Positions 23,492 to 56,792 of a DNA stretch of 64,000 bases are shown piece after piece (within the stretch, counting starts at the first letter, position 1; each line of letters opens with the position of its first letter). Position numbers and translations under genes: made by a program. Source of the stretch: Torpedo marmorata (lineage: Eukaryota); assembly GCA_977017645.1 (NCBI GenBank), contig OZ360236.1, positions 33,356,001 to 33,420,000 of the forward strand. Direction: 5' to 3'. A model generated the notes under the pieces. That model was not told where the DNA came from, did no database searches, and saw only the letters and a program-made list of their open reading frames with translations.

Positions 23492-26389
23492 GTAAGTCAA
23501 TATTAATGTTCTCCTACTGACAAAGGAAGACAAAGCTTGTGTTCTTGGCCTCTGTTGAAGTCTGATAAATATAACTGAAACTGCTTTCCCTGCCTTGTTA
23601 GGAGAAACAAATTGTTTAACTGGGACAGCTTAGAGAGAGCTTAATTTACAGCCAAAAACAATATATTGTTGGCTCTCTTCTATTCTTTAAGCTGTGTACG
23701 GACACAGCTGATCTGTTTGTCAATAGAAGACACTTCGGGTTGAATTTACATCACTTTAGCGATATCTCATGAACCTTCTCTTCCTTGACTAGTTCTGTTA
23801 TCAACGGCGCTTGTGAATACTTTAATTTTGGGAACAATAATCAACTCACACTCATTTCAGAAATGTCTTCTCAACAAAGTTGATCTGTACACTCCCAAGT
23901 AAAAAAAAGATGTGATGCTGCTTTGATATGTCAGCTGTTTTGTTTGAACTATCAGGTGCTTGATGGTAGAGAAACTGCGTAGCACGGAGATAAGTTACGT
24001 AGAGGCAGAATGAAAGGTGACTTTTTTATGCTCTTTCTGGAGAATACTTTTGAATTTGACAGACAAAGGTCTTACAATTAGACTTTTTTTTTCCCAAAGG
24101 AAGACAAGGGTACTTTTTGATTTCATTGATGATTTTGCTTCTTGTTTTTATGTGTTCTCTGCCCCGATCCATGCTCTTAGCAAACTCATTCCGTGTAATG
24201 TAGGCAGGAAAGTAAGGTCTGCCCAAATAATGAATCATGAAAACATTCGGAGCTCTTGCAGAATGACTTCAAAAGACAAATTGCTTAGAACCTTTGCTTG
24301 GATATATAAAAAAAGATTGATGTAATTATGCCAAAATATAATTTAGATGATACACGGTTCTCACTTTACAACTTTGCAAAAAATAATATATCTCTTAATA
24401 AAATGTGTACCAATCCAATTTTTAATTAACTATTGCTTCTTCGGCCCCTCAAAGTTTATTTTTTTCCACAAACTTTAAGTAAGGATTTATTCACTCTTGT
24501 AAACCACACACCACATTCTTTTAAATATGTAATACAAAATTACTAATTCTGTCAAAGAAAAATCATAATTGTAATTTCCATGAATTTAACTATTTTAACA
24601 ATTTGTCATTTTTATCTGAATGGTGTTTAAAAAAAATGAAATTTTATGTGCATTAGTACTTTATTGCTCAATATAAATAGATTGGATAGATTTCGCTATT
24701 TGTGTTTTTTTTAGTTCAAAGCCATTTGGCAAAATGTTTACAATGCTGTTCAGGTAATTTGGTGGAGGTGTACCCCAGGACTTGCTCTGCACAGATTTGT
24801 TTGCATGAATTGTGGGAAAGTGCTGATTTCTATCATTGATTACACAATGACAGGAACAGGTGACTTACTAGTAAAGACCTGGAAAATGCAATTAGCTGTG
24901 AGAAAGGAACAGCTGTTTGAAACAGCTTCTTGCCTTCCAGAGAGCATGGTCAATAATCGGTAAAAAAAGTACTTAACCTGAGAAACAAATCCTATCAAAG
25001 AGGAAGCTCATGATTCACTCATAGTTGCCTGGTCATTTGTTAAACCAAAATCAAATAAATTGTTTTCTAAATCTATGTTCTAAATTTCTGAATTTGCTTT
25101 GAGAAATTGAAGGTCTTTTCTAATTGCATTTGCAGAAATCCTTCTTGAAATAGTCATTATAATAAAAGGGATGATTCATTGATGGTAGTGTATTAGTCCT
25201 GCCAATGCTTCACTCTGTATACAGCTTTGAGAAAACAAATGTGCAGAGTTTTATCTTAGCTGCTCGAGTATATTAAAGATGAGATCCTTCACTTCTGATC
25301 TGAAATATTAATTAAACTCTAACTGTATAATAAATTCAAGTACAGGATGAGACATAAAACATGTGTTGTACTGTATATCTCCTGCGAGCTATAAAGGGGC
25401 CATTTACATTTGCAAGAAAAGAATCACATGGTTTCTCTAAGTGTAGTCAGCAGGAAGCCTTTGTTTAACCTCACTACACTTGTCACATTTCAAATTGAAA
25501 TATGCATAACATGAAAAGAGTCACAAAGGATTCATTTTTAAACGTGTATGCAATTGGTTATTTTTAATATGATCAAATAATTTGAATGTTTATATTATCT
25601 AGTAAAAAGTTTATATTTACAATAACTTCAAAATGCTGAACATTGTAACTTTTATATGCATGTAAGCACATGTACCCTACACAAGGGTAAATGTGACAAC
25701 CTAGTGAACTATTCCTATTATGCATTATGAAAAGGTTTAGTTTTATAGATGTTGTACATACTAAAGGATTATACATTAAAGCTGACCAAAGTGAGCAAAG
25801 TAAAACAATTTGATTACTGTTGTTCTATTTGGCTGAGCAATACCAACAACCAATTTAAGCTGAATAAATCTTGGCATACTGTTCATTGTTTCAATTTAAT
25901 ATTGTATATGTTATACTTAGTGCCAGTGCTTTTTAAGTGAAATCAAATTGTACTGTTCATTTTTATGGCAAGGGTTTTATAGACAATCACAGGTTTTGAA
26001 AATCTTATTTCCAAAATTCCAAAAAGCAGAAACTAATTGTTTCCAACTTATTGCATCGTTAACTAAAATCTGCCAAATTGTCAGCACTAACTTTCTGATT
26101 GCAGCTGCTAACAATGTAAAGCATGAGTGTAAGGAGCTTAATAGTAAGGAGACAATTTTAAAGAAAACTAGACTTTTAAAAAATGTATTATGTATTTCAC
26201 CCATTTCTAATCCCCAGAAAATAATCTTTAAGAAAGAAAGCTTACACTGTGTTATGTGTTTCCTTGTACAGTATTTAAACTTTGACAGAGACAGTAGTAT
26301 AATGCATTGTGTACAAAGCATTTTTACTTGGAGCAGAAGACCATGTTATAGCTGCTTCAGCTCAGTTCAGTAGGCTGAATTCTTTATTT

Positions 26390-26582
26390 TAATTTTAAAA
26401 ATTTAGACATACATACAGCGCGGTAACAGGCTCTTCCGGACACGAGCCCTTGTCTCCCAATTACACCCAATTAACCTACAACCCCCATACGTTTTGAAGG
26501 GTGGGAAGAAATCAGAGCACCCGGAGAAAACCCACGCAGACACGGGGAGAACGTACAAACTCCTTACAGACAGCGCCGGATT
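26390..26582 (-). mobile_element. tRNA-derived SINE (HE1/V-SINE-like), 5'-truncated
   Basis: Shares ...gaaaacccacgcagacacggggagaacgtacaaactccttacagacagcg with five other copies; TTTAAA tail. Confidence 0.85.
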
Positions 26583-29500
26583 ATTGTCCCTAAAATGCAG
26601 ATCGGTATATGTCAAAACTGTGTAAGACATTGGGAGTGCAGTTTACATAGATGTAACCATATTCGTAGTGATAACAAAAAAGAACATACCGGTAAGCTGA
26701 TTATTAATGTTATTAAGCCTTTATAACTATTAGTGAAGAAATTTTAAAGTATCCAAATGCGTGTACTAGATAGGTGTTACAGTGAGCTATTAACAATTGT
26801 TTCAGTTGAGGGACCGCCTACTGCAAATTTCAGGCATAATTTAAAGGAAGTTACATTATTTCTCCTGGGAAATGTGCTCCATGGACCAGTGCAGAGAGAG
26901 GGGCAGTGGCTGGAGGATGAGGATTGGTTTCCATCAGGTTTCCAAGGAAGTAAGTTCTTGTGGAGGTTGTTCAGAAATGATCAGAGACTGGAAGGGAAAT
27001 TTTCACCAGTGATCAAAGCCAGGTACCAGGGTCCCAAAAGCAAGAGTTGGGCCTGCACAGCAGGAAATGTTCACCTCTGATCAGAGACTACGGTCAACAT
27101 CTAGGAGGCTGTCTTTCACGAGAATTGGGGCTTGGCATTTGGCTTGACAATGAGTGGGGAGAGCTGGAAATCTGATCCTTCAAGGCAGGCCTCTAAGGAC
27201 TGCTGGGTTAGGAGGAGAGAATGGTTGCTGAAAGGACATCATGGGTGGAGGGAAGGTTGGGGTGTTTTAGAGTTTCACTGGATAGATGAGCCCATGGGGA
27301 TCCGGACCATCATCAGAGGATAAAGGCCGTTGGAAAAATGGATAGTTAGAGGGGATGGGGACATGACTTGCTTGATAAATAGCAAAATCAGGAATAGTCA
27401 TGGCTGTGTTATGGGTGGAGAGCAGGGGATTCAAAGGCAAGTCAGATACTTACTTTACATGTGTCCTTGTCCAGTGCTGCAACACTAAAATTGATCAATG
27501 ATGGATGCTGCAGGAACAACTTAGTTTTGGTCCCCACACAAGGATTGGTCACAGAGGGAAGTTCCTGGTTGAATTTCTAGAACAGCGTGAAAAGATCTGG
27601 AAGTAGTTATTACTGTGATTCACTCTGGAAAAAATCAATTTTCAAGTGCATATCCCTGAAAAATAAACAGCATAGTGCTTTCAAATTTCTATGCACAAAG
27701 TACAACACCAATGCAATGAAAATGCACCATCCTATCCCTTTTAAGCTACTACCTAACATGGATACAGACCAAAAACATTTTTATATGTTTTTGGTGCAAG
27801 TTCTACAAAAACATGCCTTATCCTTTACCACAAGTACTTGATCCTAATAACAAACTAAGGAGTAAATTATATTACTAAGGATAATAATTGAATGATATGG
27901 AGTAGTTTGTTAATGTGAAAGCTCAAAATTATCAAAAAGCCAAAGTTCGTTGAATTTTTGTTGGAGTGTACATCTGTGCAGGAGTTAAGTTGTCAGCTGT
28001 GCCCTATTCCTTCCACTTGTTTTCTGGGAAAAGTAACAGATGGGGTTGCAGTCAAGTTTGCTGCTCCACCCAGGAAATTAACCATATGCGGTTAATAAGT
28101 ACTGATTTCTGGATAGGAGTTTTACCCTGGAAAGGAAAGTGAATAAAGTTCGAGGGTATTTTCACATGGGAAAGTAAGGACAGAAAAACAAATATCTGAT
28201 TATTTATCGACACAACACAGTCCACTAAACCAGTGCACACTCATACTTCCATCAAATCAGAATGCTGATGGGGAAATGTCGTATGTTTATACTGGCAAAT
28301 CCAGATGCACAACTGATAACTTATGACAAGTACTAGGATAGACAATTCTAGACATAAAATTTATTTCAAATAGATGAGAAATGGTAATCGTAATGGCTTA
28401 AGTAAATGGAAACGTCTACAATTTTGTTGCTTAAAGCTGAAACACTGTTTTATGGTTTTTATCAAAAAAAATAAATTGAACCATACTAATAAAATTGAGT
28501 ATTATGCCTGGAACGTGTAATCCCTCATAAATAAATGGAACAATTGTAGGTCAGTATAAATTAATGGAGCTATATTATAAATCTACAAAATGAAAAGGAT
28601 GTGGTTGTAAAAATTGCAAATGATAAAGAATTGCACAAAATAAAAAATGAAATTTGATGGCATTTATTTCTGAGTATTACCAAAGAATGCGGTTGATAAA
28701 AGTAGTGTGCAAAAGTGGAAAAAATATTCATTATTTTCTACTTTGATGCAGCATTAAGTTCTTCAGTTACTGTTAGCCTATCAAATTGCACTTTTTTCCA
28801 CTGATACTTTTTAAAATACAAATTTAGTAACTGTTTTGAAGTACCATCATAAAGAAACAATTTTTTGTTCAGACAAGCATTAATGTCGATCTTGGCTGAG
28901 ACTTGAATGGGTAGTATGTAAATAGGAGTACAGTACATTGTTTCAAGTATTGCCAAGTTTTAACAACCTCAATCAAAAAATAACTTTTATAAATAAAGGT
29001 TGTTTTTTATTTTTCTTTGGAATTTTCCCACTATGTATTCATCCAATAACAGGCCCCTTTTCTATGTGTAATTTATTTTCCCTTATTTGTAATTGAAAAG
29101 AAATAGACACACTGTTTAGAGATTTTGTGATTTGAAATTGATAAAACATTGTTACTGATATCTGAACTATGTACTGCAGGATTACATCAATGGTGGGACT
29201 GGGGTTTTGTTACTCTTCAACATTGGATTGTGTAAAATTTGTGGTAAACGCTGTTTTAAAAATGAATTTCTGGTCATTATTTCACGAATAACTATGTAAA
29301 TAATATGTTTTTTTATTTTTATGAATATATGAAAGCACTGTAATTAAGTTTTCTGTCTACCACAGGAAATGATTTAAAATATTCTCTTGTGCATGTGCAA
29401 ATACCAGGTAGACAAGAAAGTTTATGGTATCTTTCTTTTGTCTGAAAAATCTGTTGATGCTTGGTTAATCAACTTGGCTCATTAAGAACACAGAGAACAA

Positions 29501-29619
29501 AAGTCTGTTCGGACTAAGGTAATGGTGCGGAACATTTTGATTTTAAAGTCAAGTTCGGCTTGTTGTGTATAAGACCTACCTAAGCAATTCTCTTTCTTGG
29601 CTCAGAAGTCTTGAATATT

Positions 29620-29820
29620 AAATGAGTGTTTTGGTATTCACTTCTAAAATCCCTCCTCCTCTACCTTCCTTTCCACCTTTAGAATCCTCTTACTTAAGAT
29701 CTGAATCTTTGACCAAGCTTCTAGTCAATTGTATGTCACAACTTCGTTTTTCTGTTTGATAGCACTCCTGTGAAGTGCCTCGAGAGTAAAAGGCGATACA
29801 TAAGTGGAAGTTGCTGTTGA
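29620..29820 (+). mobile_element. Old L2-like 3' end
   Basis: ...ctttgaccaagct...ctcctgtgaagtgcct...aaaggcgatacataagtggaagttgctgttg. Confidence 0.5.
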
Positions 29821-31627
29821 GTTTACTCTGGCCCATATGAAGTTTCAGGGTTAAGCAAAGTAATGGATTTGAGAAAAAGGAAGAATCCAACTTTGGAGTC
29901 ACTGACTACCTTAGGAAGGAGCCATACGCATAGTTACAAGTGCCTTTTGGCGAAGTTTCTTGGCAACATGAGGACCTGGATAAACCATATTGCAGTCATG
30001 CTCAACCCTAGGGGCCACAGCACATTTAAGTAAAAGTCTTGTTTTCTTTTCACCTCACGCAACATAATTTTTTTTAATGTAGTCGGTAGGAGAGAAGTAC
30101 GGAAGAAACAAAAACTTGACTGCTTCACAGGGAAGAGGGCCCATAAACTTTGAGCAGAGTTCTGGGTGTGGGGGTGGGGGGGGGGAATAGCTGAAAATGG
30201 TTGAGAATGGCTGCCATTTTTTAGAGCCTTGAACCTGGAAATCCAGGTCATTAAGGTGACTGACACCCATATTTTTTCACTGATGTGAAGACATGCAGTG
30301 ATTATTTGTGAAAACTCTGAGACCTAGGATGGCAACTCCTGGAAGCTTTGCTTCCATACACATGATTAGATTATGGAAAAAGGAACAATGTATTCTCTAG
30401 CTGGTAAAACACTGGTTCAATAAGAATTTACTTTTATATGATGTGGTAATGTGTCAGATTCGACCCATTTTTATCCAAATTATCCTGCACCAATTCCTTA
30501 AATGTCCTTTCAGAAAAGTTGCTATTAGTCTGCTACTTCATTGCTTGATTTTAGCCTGTTAAATTCCATGCACACAGTTGAATGATCCTAAAGCTTTCAT
30601 GCATCGAAACATTCTTGATTCAGATTTGAAAGTTTGCCCTTCTGTATGAAAGCTGTTTACTTCATTGCAGACAAATGGAAAATCCTCAACCTCTTGTAAT
30701 TCTAGGACTTGTTTGTTGATGGATTTCTAGAGATGTGAAATGTCGAATCATCCAAAGTTTAAAAAAATATATATCACTGCAACCAAACTGCCAGCTTTCA
30801 CAGAGCTATATGTCTACAGTCTATCATGTGTTTACATTGAAGGATTTAGTTACCTCAAAAAGAATAATAGGATTGAGCAGAGTCAGCATGGATTTATGAA
30901 AGAGAGATCATGTTTAACTAATCTACTGGAGTTCTCTGAGATTGTAACTATTAAATAGATTTGGGGTCATCATTTGGTATGGTGCATTTAGATTTTGAAA
31001 AGGCTTTTGATAAAACTCTTCACAGGAGGTGGTTAATAGCGTTACAGCACATGGAATTAGTGATAATATTCTGGCATGGATTGAAAATTGGTTAACAGAG
31101 ACAAAGCAAAGAGTGAAAATAAACAGGTCTTTCTCAGTTTGGAAGCTGTAACTAGTAGCTTAATGCAAGGATCAGTGCTTAGGCCCAGCTATTCACCATT
31201 TATATCAATAATTTATTTAAGGGAACCAAATAACATATGCCCAAATTTACTTATGATACTAAACCAGGAGAGATTAGGAATAGGGAAAAGTATGCAGACA
31301 AGCTTCAAGGAGTTATGGACTAACTGAGTGGCGAGAACATTGAATACAATGTGATAAAATATTAGATATTCCACCTTTGTGCACCAAACAGAATAGTAGA
31401 GTATATTTTAGATGGTGACAGATTGAGAAATGTTAATAGCCTAAGTGACCTAGTGTACATGCAAGAGCAGCAAGCAATGGGGAGGCCTTTTTATGAGTGG
31501 TGTGTGGCCTCCATTGGTTGTGGTTGACCATGGGTACTGCACCTCTGGTAGTAGCTGGAGTGGCCTATCCAGGGCGCAAGCCAGGGCAGAGTTGATATGG
31601 AGATCCATCTGTTGCCCATGCAGTGGG

Positions 31628-33165
31628 CACTGGCGTCACTAGGGGGGTGCGGACCGCACCGGGTGACACCATCAGAGAGGGTGACACCAAAATGACTGTC
31701 TATAAAATTTTTGTGCAGTGTTTCAGCAGAAATTTATTATTTTTTATAAAAATATCCCTGTAGTTAGTTATAACAACTAAAACATTTTTCGTAAGCCCAG
31801 CTTACATGTATCAATATACCTACAAGGCTAAAACTCTATGTTATTTACTTTTTGAACCTTCTAATGCGCTCCGGTCAGAGCTGTCATTATTACCCAATTA
31901 CAATGACACTTCGAATTACGTGGTTTCATCTTCACGCGCTGTTGTTTTCGTTGCTGCTGGTGTTTTTATAGTCGCAGCTTTTGTCAAATTTTCTGGTGTT
32001 TTAGCTACAATATTGTGGTAATTTGTATTTGTGAACCTATATCAATAACGTTTTTGAGAATAAGTAGTAATTAAAAAATTTTATTTCAAATTCTATTGTT
32101 TTCTTACCGAATTTTTACTTTAACCACATGAAACTATGTAAATATATTTAGGCTGTGCGTATGATATTGTAATTTGAGGGTGTAATTTTAATTTTGCTAG
32201 TTGTTTATATCACTACTATTGCCATTACATTCAGTGATATACGGGAATTACGATTTCAAGATTCAATTTATTGTCATGCAATAAAATGGTGTCATATTAC
32301 ACGAAATTCCTTTTGCCTGCTGTAAGGCAGACAGATTCGCCATCGGCAGAAATTGCCTGAGGCGCCTCTTACAGTCAGAGAAAGAGAAGCAAAAGAGAGT
32401 CCCCCAGAGTCACCCAGTGTCTGTAGATTCGCCTTCGAAGCCACACAGAGTCCAGTCCAAACCATTGGCAACCCGAGCTCCAGATCCGAACCTCCGACAC
32501 GGTCAGGAACCTTCAGCGCCTTCAGCATCCCCTCGCATCCCAGTTTCGCGCCAGTCTCCAGCAGTCCACAGCCCAGCGCGAGTCTCCTGACAGCAGTCTC
32601 CAGCAGCCCACAGCCTCCGCGGGTTCCTCGCCTTGAGTCGCCAGCAGCCCGCCGCATGCATTGGTCTTTCAGCCGCAGAGCCCCCTCACTGGTCCGCCGC
32701 CGTGGTCACTGTCCCATGGGTCGTCTCCTCTGCTTCTCAGACGGGGGATGGTCTCCCCGTTTTCTGGTGCCCTGCGCCAGTCCTCCATTCCCCTGGAGTC
32801 TGCAACCCCTCGTGGCTGCTGCCGATCAGAGGCGCTGCCATCTTCGGCGCAGACCCCGCGGTCGCGGGATTTTAAATAAAACTACCGTCGGCTCCTTTAA
32901 CGGGCTGTTCAAACCCCGTGCGGAGCTGATGGCAGTTGACTGGGAGGTTGGACCCCGCGGGAGCGCTGCATCTCCGCTCCTCGCTCCCCGCGGGTCCGCA
33001 CCAGCAGCAGCGCTGCCGCTACAGTGGCTCCGGCAGTGCTGCCATTAGTACAAAAAACATTACTAAGGATTCTGTATGGTCTGGTACGGAAGGAGGTCCA
33101 TTGGGGGGGGGGGGTGACACCATGAATTACCGCACTGGGTGACACCAACCCTAGTGACGCCACTG
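31628..33165. mobile_element. Non-autonomous hAT DNA transposon
   Basis: TIRs CACTGGCGTCACTAGG / CCTAGTGACGCCACTG, subterminal GGGTGACACC repeats, 8-bp TSD GCAGTGGG (31620-31627, 33166-33173). Confidence 0.92.
32255..33045 (-). mobile_element. GC-rich non-autonomous retroposon nested in the hAT
   Basis: Minus-strand tail ...gacaataaattgaatcttgaa resembles the Rex1-type tail at 52735-52756; a partial related copy sits at ~41300-41395. Confidence 0.6.
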
Positions 33166-34179
33166 GCAGTGGGACCCCCCTCTCCATGCTAATAACAGGT
33201 CCAAAGGAACGACGAAAGTCGATACAGTTTGGTGCCAGCAGCATCGCAGGAGTTGCCATGCCGGTGCTGGGTACAGCAGTCAGCCACCTTCGGGACTCCG
33301 ACTCTGGGTTTCTCCTCGGGGTTTACTCCCAAAGCCTTTCCCTTAAGCGGGTATAGCCACAAGGCAGCAGAGGTTTGAAATCAGAGTTTTCCCTCTCCTA
33401 GATAAGTTACCATCTGTGATTAATGAGCCCCATCTGCACAGAGCAACTGGTTTCAAGGTGCCAGTAGCCTGCCTTTGCCCCTTCTCCTGTCAGTGAGAAC
33501 AGCTCCGCCGGACATAAGAACTATGCCACACGTGAAGGCCAGGAGTTGGACTTGGTTGTCAGAGGCTGTTTGAGATGCATGCCATGAAGAGCATTTGTGT
33601 AGCAGTGGGAGCTCGACCCCACTACCACCCTTCGGCTATGACAACCTTTAGAGCCTATGAGTGGTAGGGGTGCAAATAAAAAGGTGAATTTGACCAATGG
33701 CATTGCTTCTCTGGGAGTGAGACTGACTTGATGGGACCAGCGGCCTCATCTGTGTTGCTATAAATATAAGATGTCTACTGCAGTTATGAAAGGCATTGGT
33801 GAAACGTCACCTGAACAATTGTGAATTTTAATTTTTCTAGTTGTTTATCTCACTACTATTGCCATTACATTCAGTGATATACGGGAATTACGATTTACGG
33901 TTTTGCTCTCCTTAACTAAAAGGGATATCATTACCACAGAAAGAGTGCATTGAAGAATCATCAGACTGGTTCTTGGAATAGCATGCTTGACATATGAGGA
34001 GCCATTGAGTCAAATAGGCCTGTGTTCGCCACGGTTGTAAAATATCAGCTGTGATGCCATTTAATCTTCGAGGCTAGACAAAGGAGAGGAGATTCTTCCC
34101 TGGATGAGGAATCAAAATCCAAGGGGTAGAGTCTTAGAATAAAGGGAAAGCCACATGGGTCATTTCTTCATTCATATCA

Positions 34180-34375
34180 AGAAGTTGCTGGAAACACTCA
34201 GCAATTCCTGTAACATCTGGGGAAGGAAATATATTAATGGTGCAGGTTGAACATTTTTTGTCACATTCTTTTACCTGAAACTTTATCTTTTTTTTTGCCC
34301 ATGGATGCTGCCTGAAACTTTGAGTGTTTTCAGCATTCTTTGTTTCAGATTTCTTGCAGTTCTTTATGATTTTCA
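34180..34375. mobile_element. Penelope-like inverted terminal remnant
   Basis: gctggaaacactcagc...catct / gatgctgcctga...tgagtgttttcagcatt form inverted arms. Confidence 0.5.
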
Positions 34376-35178
34376 GATCAGCCCTGAGCTTGATAAATGG
34401 TAGGGCAAGCTCAAATGGTTAGATCACCTACTTCCTTTTCTAATTCTTATTTCTTTGTATTTGGGGAAAACTTTATCTTGAAACTCTTCAGTTCAAGTCA
34501 CATCAATGCAGTGTTTTTGTTCAATAGCACTTTGCTTGAAATGTAATTGCATTGCTTGTTGGAAGGTAGAATTGAAAATATGGGGCGTAGAATTTAGTTG
34601 CGTAACATTCAAATGATGTGAATAAGTTAATAATAAATGGTATTGCTTGATATAGATTTAAAATGCTATTTCAATCATTTGTACAATGAGCTGGAAGATT
34701 AATTAAAAAGAGATGAGTGATCTCATTAATATTATGCAGGATTCGTAGGGTAGCAGCTGTGCCACTGATGGCCAAATAGCTAGTTTGCATGTTAGTCACC
34801 ATACTTTTCTCTCATGAAGCTTGGCAAATTTTCAGAATGTGTTCAAATTGACTATAAATTGTCTTTTGAGTAGTCACAGAGTGCTTCTTATTTATATAAA
34901 AAAAAGAATAATCTTGTTTTATCTTAAATCACAGAAAATGAATTTAGAGGTGAGCTGTTGAATCAGACTTGGACTCACGGCAGTACTGAAAAGCACAGCA
35001 CTTGTGAAAAACCCAGCAGCCTGCACTGCAAACACATCAAGGTGAAAAAAGGCTTCGCTCTTTATCAAGGATGTATATTTGTTGAAGTGAAATTAGCGAT
35101 GGAATTTTGCTGTGGTCCTGGTTGCAGCTAATGCAAATTGACTTATAAATGCTCTAAATTTGATAAAAATACAATATA

Positions 35179-35696
35179 CAGTGGAACCCCATTATAACGC
35201 GATAGTTTGGGTCTGAAAAATCACATCGCAAAAAAAGCAGGGTCGCGCTAAATCGGGGTTTCAATAAATAGTTGTTACAGTTGAAATTAAAACACAAATT
35301 AATTTTTAGTAAACTAGAAATGGCAATTTCTCCGGCAGGAAACAAATAAAGTGTGCGATGACGCTGAACGCTCACAGCTTAACGCTGCTCAGCAGCATGT
35401 TTAAACGCGTTTAGAAGTAGTCATTGGACTCGGGCATCGGGCAGGAGCAGCGGCAAATGCGGGATCAATGGCCGTCTTCGTTACCCATAATCCCTCACAC
35501 AGCTGGAACCGCTCTGTCAGTGCCAGCGCCAGGGAAACGCAGAGCGGTTCCAGCTACGTGGGGGATTATGGGTAACGAAGATGGCCATTGATCCCGCATT
35601 GAGCCGCCACTCCTGCCCGACGCCCGAGTCCAATGACTCATCGCGTTATATCCAAATGTGCGTTAAATCGGGGTGCGTAAAATCGGGGTTTCACTG
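35179..35696. mobile_element. Tc1/mariner (pogo/Tigger-like) MITE with long internal hairpin
   Basis: TA|CAGTGGAACCCC ... GGGGTTTCACTG|TA; internal inverted arms 35419-35516 and 35540-35638. Confidence 0.88.
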
Positions 35697-37012
35697 TATG
35701 TTGCTTATAATGTGTTTAAAAATCTGCTTTGCACATGTATTAGAGTTGTGTTCAGAACAGCAACCTGATTATATGGCAATATTGGGTCTGGAGGGATTTT
35801 TGTCTTGCCTTTAATAGTTTCAGAGTAAATGACAATAGTACAAAGTTTAACATTTAAGATCCTATTCTCTTACTTTAATTAATGTATCATTTCCCATGAT
35901 CACTTGCTAATGTAATCTTTACTTTTTCATCCACTCATAGAAGGAATTGATTATTGTTAAATTTACAAAGTTGAGGTGCAAGGCAATTTGAAAGGAATGG
36001 TGCAGCATTAAGGAATCTTTAAAGGGCCATAGTGTGCTTGCAGCCTCAAATTAATTTTGTGTGTGTGTGTTACACATGCCAATTTTACGTCACATCTATT
36101 TTTATTTGCTGAAAACAGCAATTGCAGAGTCGTAGTATATATAATTTGCATTGCTTCCAAATTACATATGTATGTGAATAAAATGTGTAAAAGGTTATTT
36201 AGCTGAACTTATGGCGCTATAATGAAAAATAATGTCTATTGTGAAAAAACCCTCTGAGATCATCAAAATGCTGAAGAGCTGTATTTTGAAAGCCTAATAA
36301 ATAGAATTGCAGCTTAACCCACACCTGCTCCACTGCAGTAAGTGCAATGGGAATTTACACTAAAAATAGAAATTAATTGCATTTCTGTTATTGCTGATGT
36401 AATAACACAGCATGACACTTCTCTGGTCTTAATATTAAACATTAACTAATCTTAATTATATCTGAGTTACTTTGAAAAGTATAGTCAGTAATCATTATCA
36501 ACAATGTTTCCACTAAAATGCTTGATATTTTGATACTCTTAAGTTTAGCTGTTCAGATGTCAGTTCTGGAATTTCCTCACTAAATTCCTCTACTATTTCA
36601 TTTCCCTTTCCTTTAAACCCTCTTTAAAATCCATTTATTTGACCTCACTGTTCTAACATCTCTTTTATTGGCTTACATTTATTTTGACGAACTACAATAA
36701 AACTCCTTGAGATTTTTTTTACGTTAAAAATGTTGTAGAAATGCAAATTGCTATTGTCATTATTTGCATCCATTTACTCATTCTGCTATTTTAGCTAATA
36801 GATTAAGATAAAAAGGTTAGTACTTCCATTAAATTAATGAAGAGAAGCATTTTATTTGAGCATCTTAAGGATTTATACCATATTTATAATAAAATCTGAG
36901 AATTTTCTCAGCTGTTTCTTCAAACATTAACATGACTATGTATAGCATAACTTGAACATGTTTGAGGGAAGAGTAAATGTACAGTCCATTAACTAATATA
37001 TTGGTGTTGTAG

Positions 37013-56792
<19,780 letters not shown>

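Larger units (their letters stand above)
31487..33670 (-). mobile_element. Non-autonomous retroelement, probably RTE 5'UTR-derived (split by hAT at 31628-33165)
   Basis: GC-richer block interrupting CR1; the two halves join across the hAT TSD; TATGAGTGGT repeated at 31492 and 33656. The family call is from recall. Confidence 0.5.
30855..34170 (+). mobile_element. Decayed CR1 RT fragment (30855-31486 and ~33670-34170) hosting nested insertions
   Basis: QSQHGFMKERSCLTNLLEF, DFEKAFDK, QGSVLRP; continues after 33670 with KALVKRHL-type motifs. Confidence 0.8.

Noticed and set aside
25948-26373. 141-aa ORF
   Set aside because: AT-rich intronic sequence, non-ATG start, no motif
26870-27430. Purine/GC-richer block
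   Set aside because: Probably an ancient LINE remnant; too degraded to call
32292-33259. 231-aa Pro/Ser-rich ORF and neighbours
   Set aside because: By-product of a GC-rich nested retroposon; no domain and no splice support
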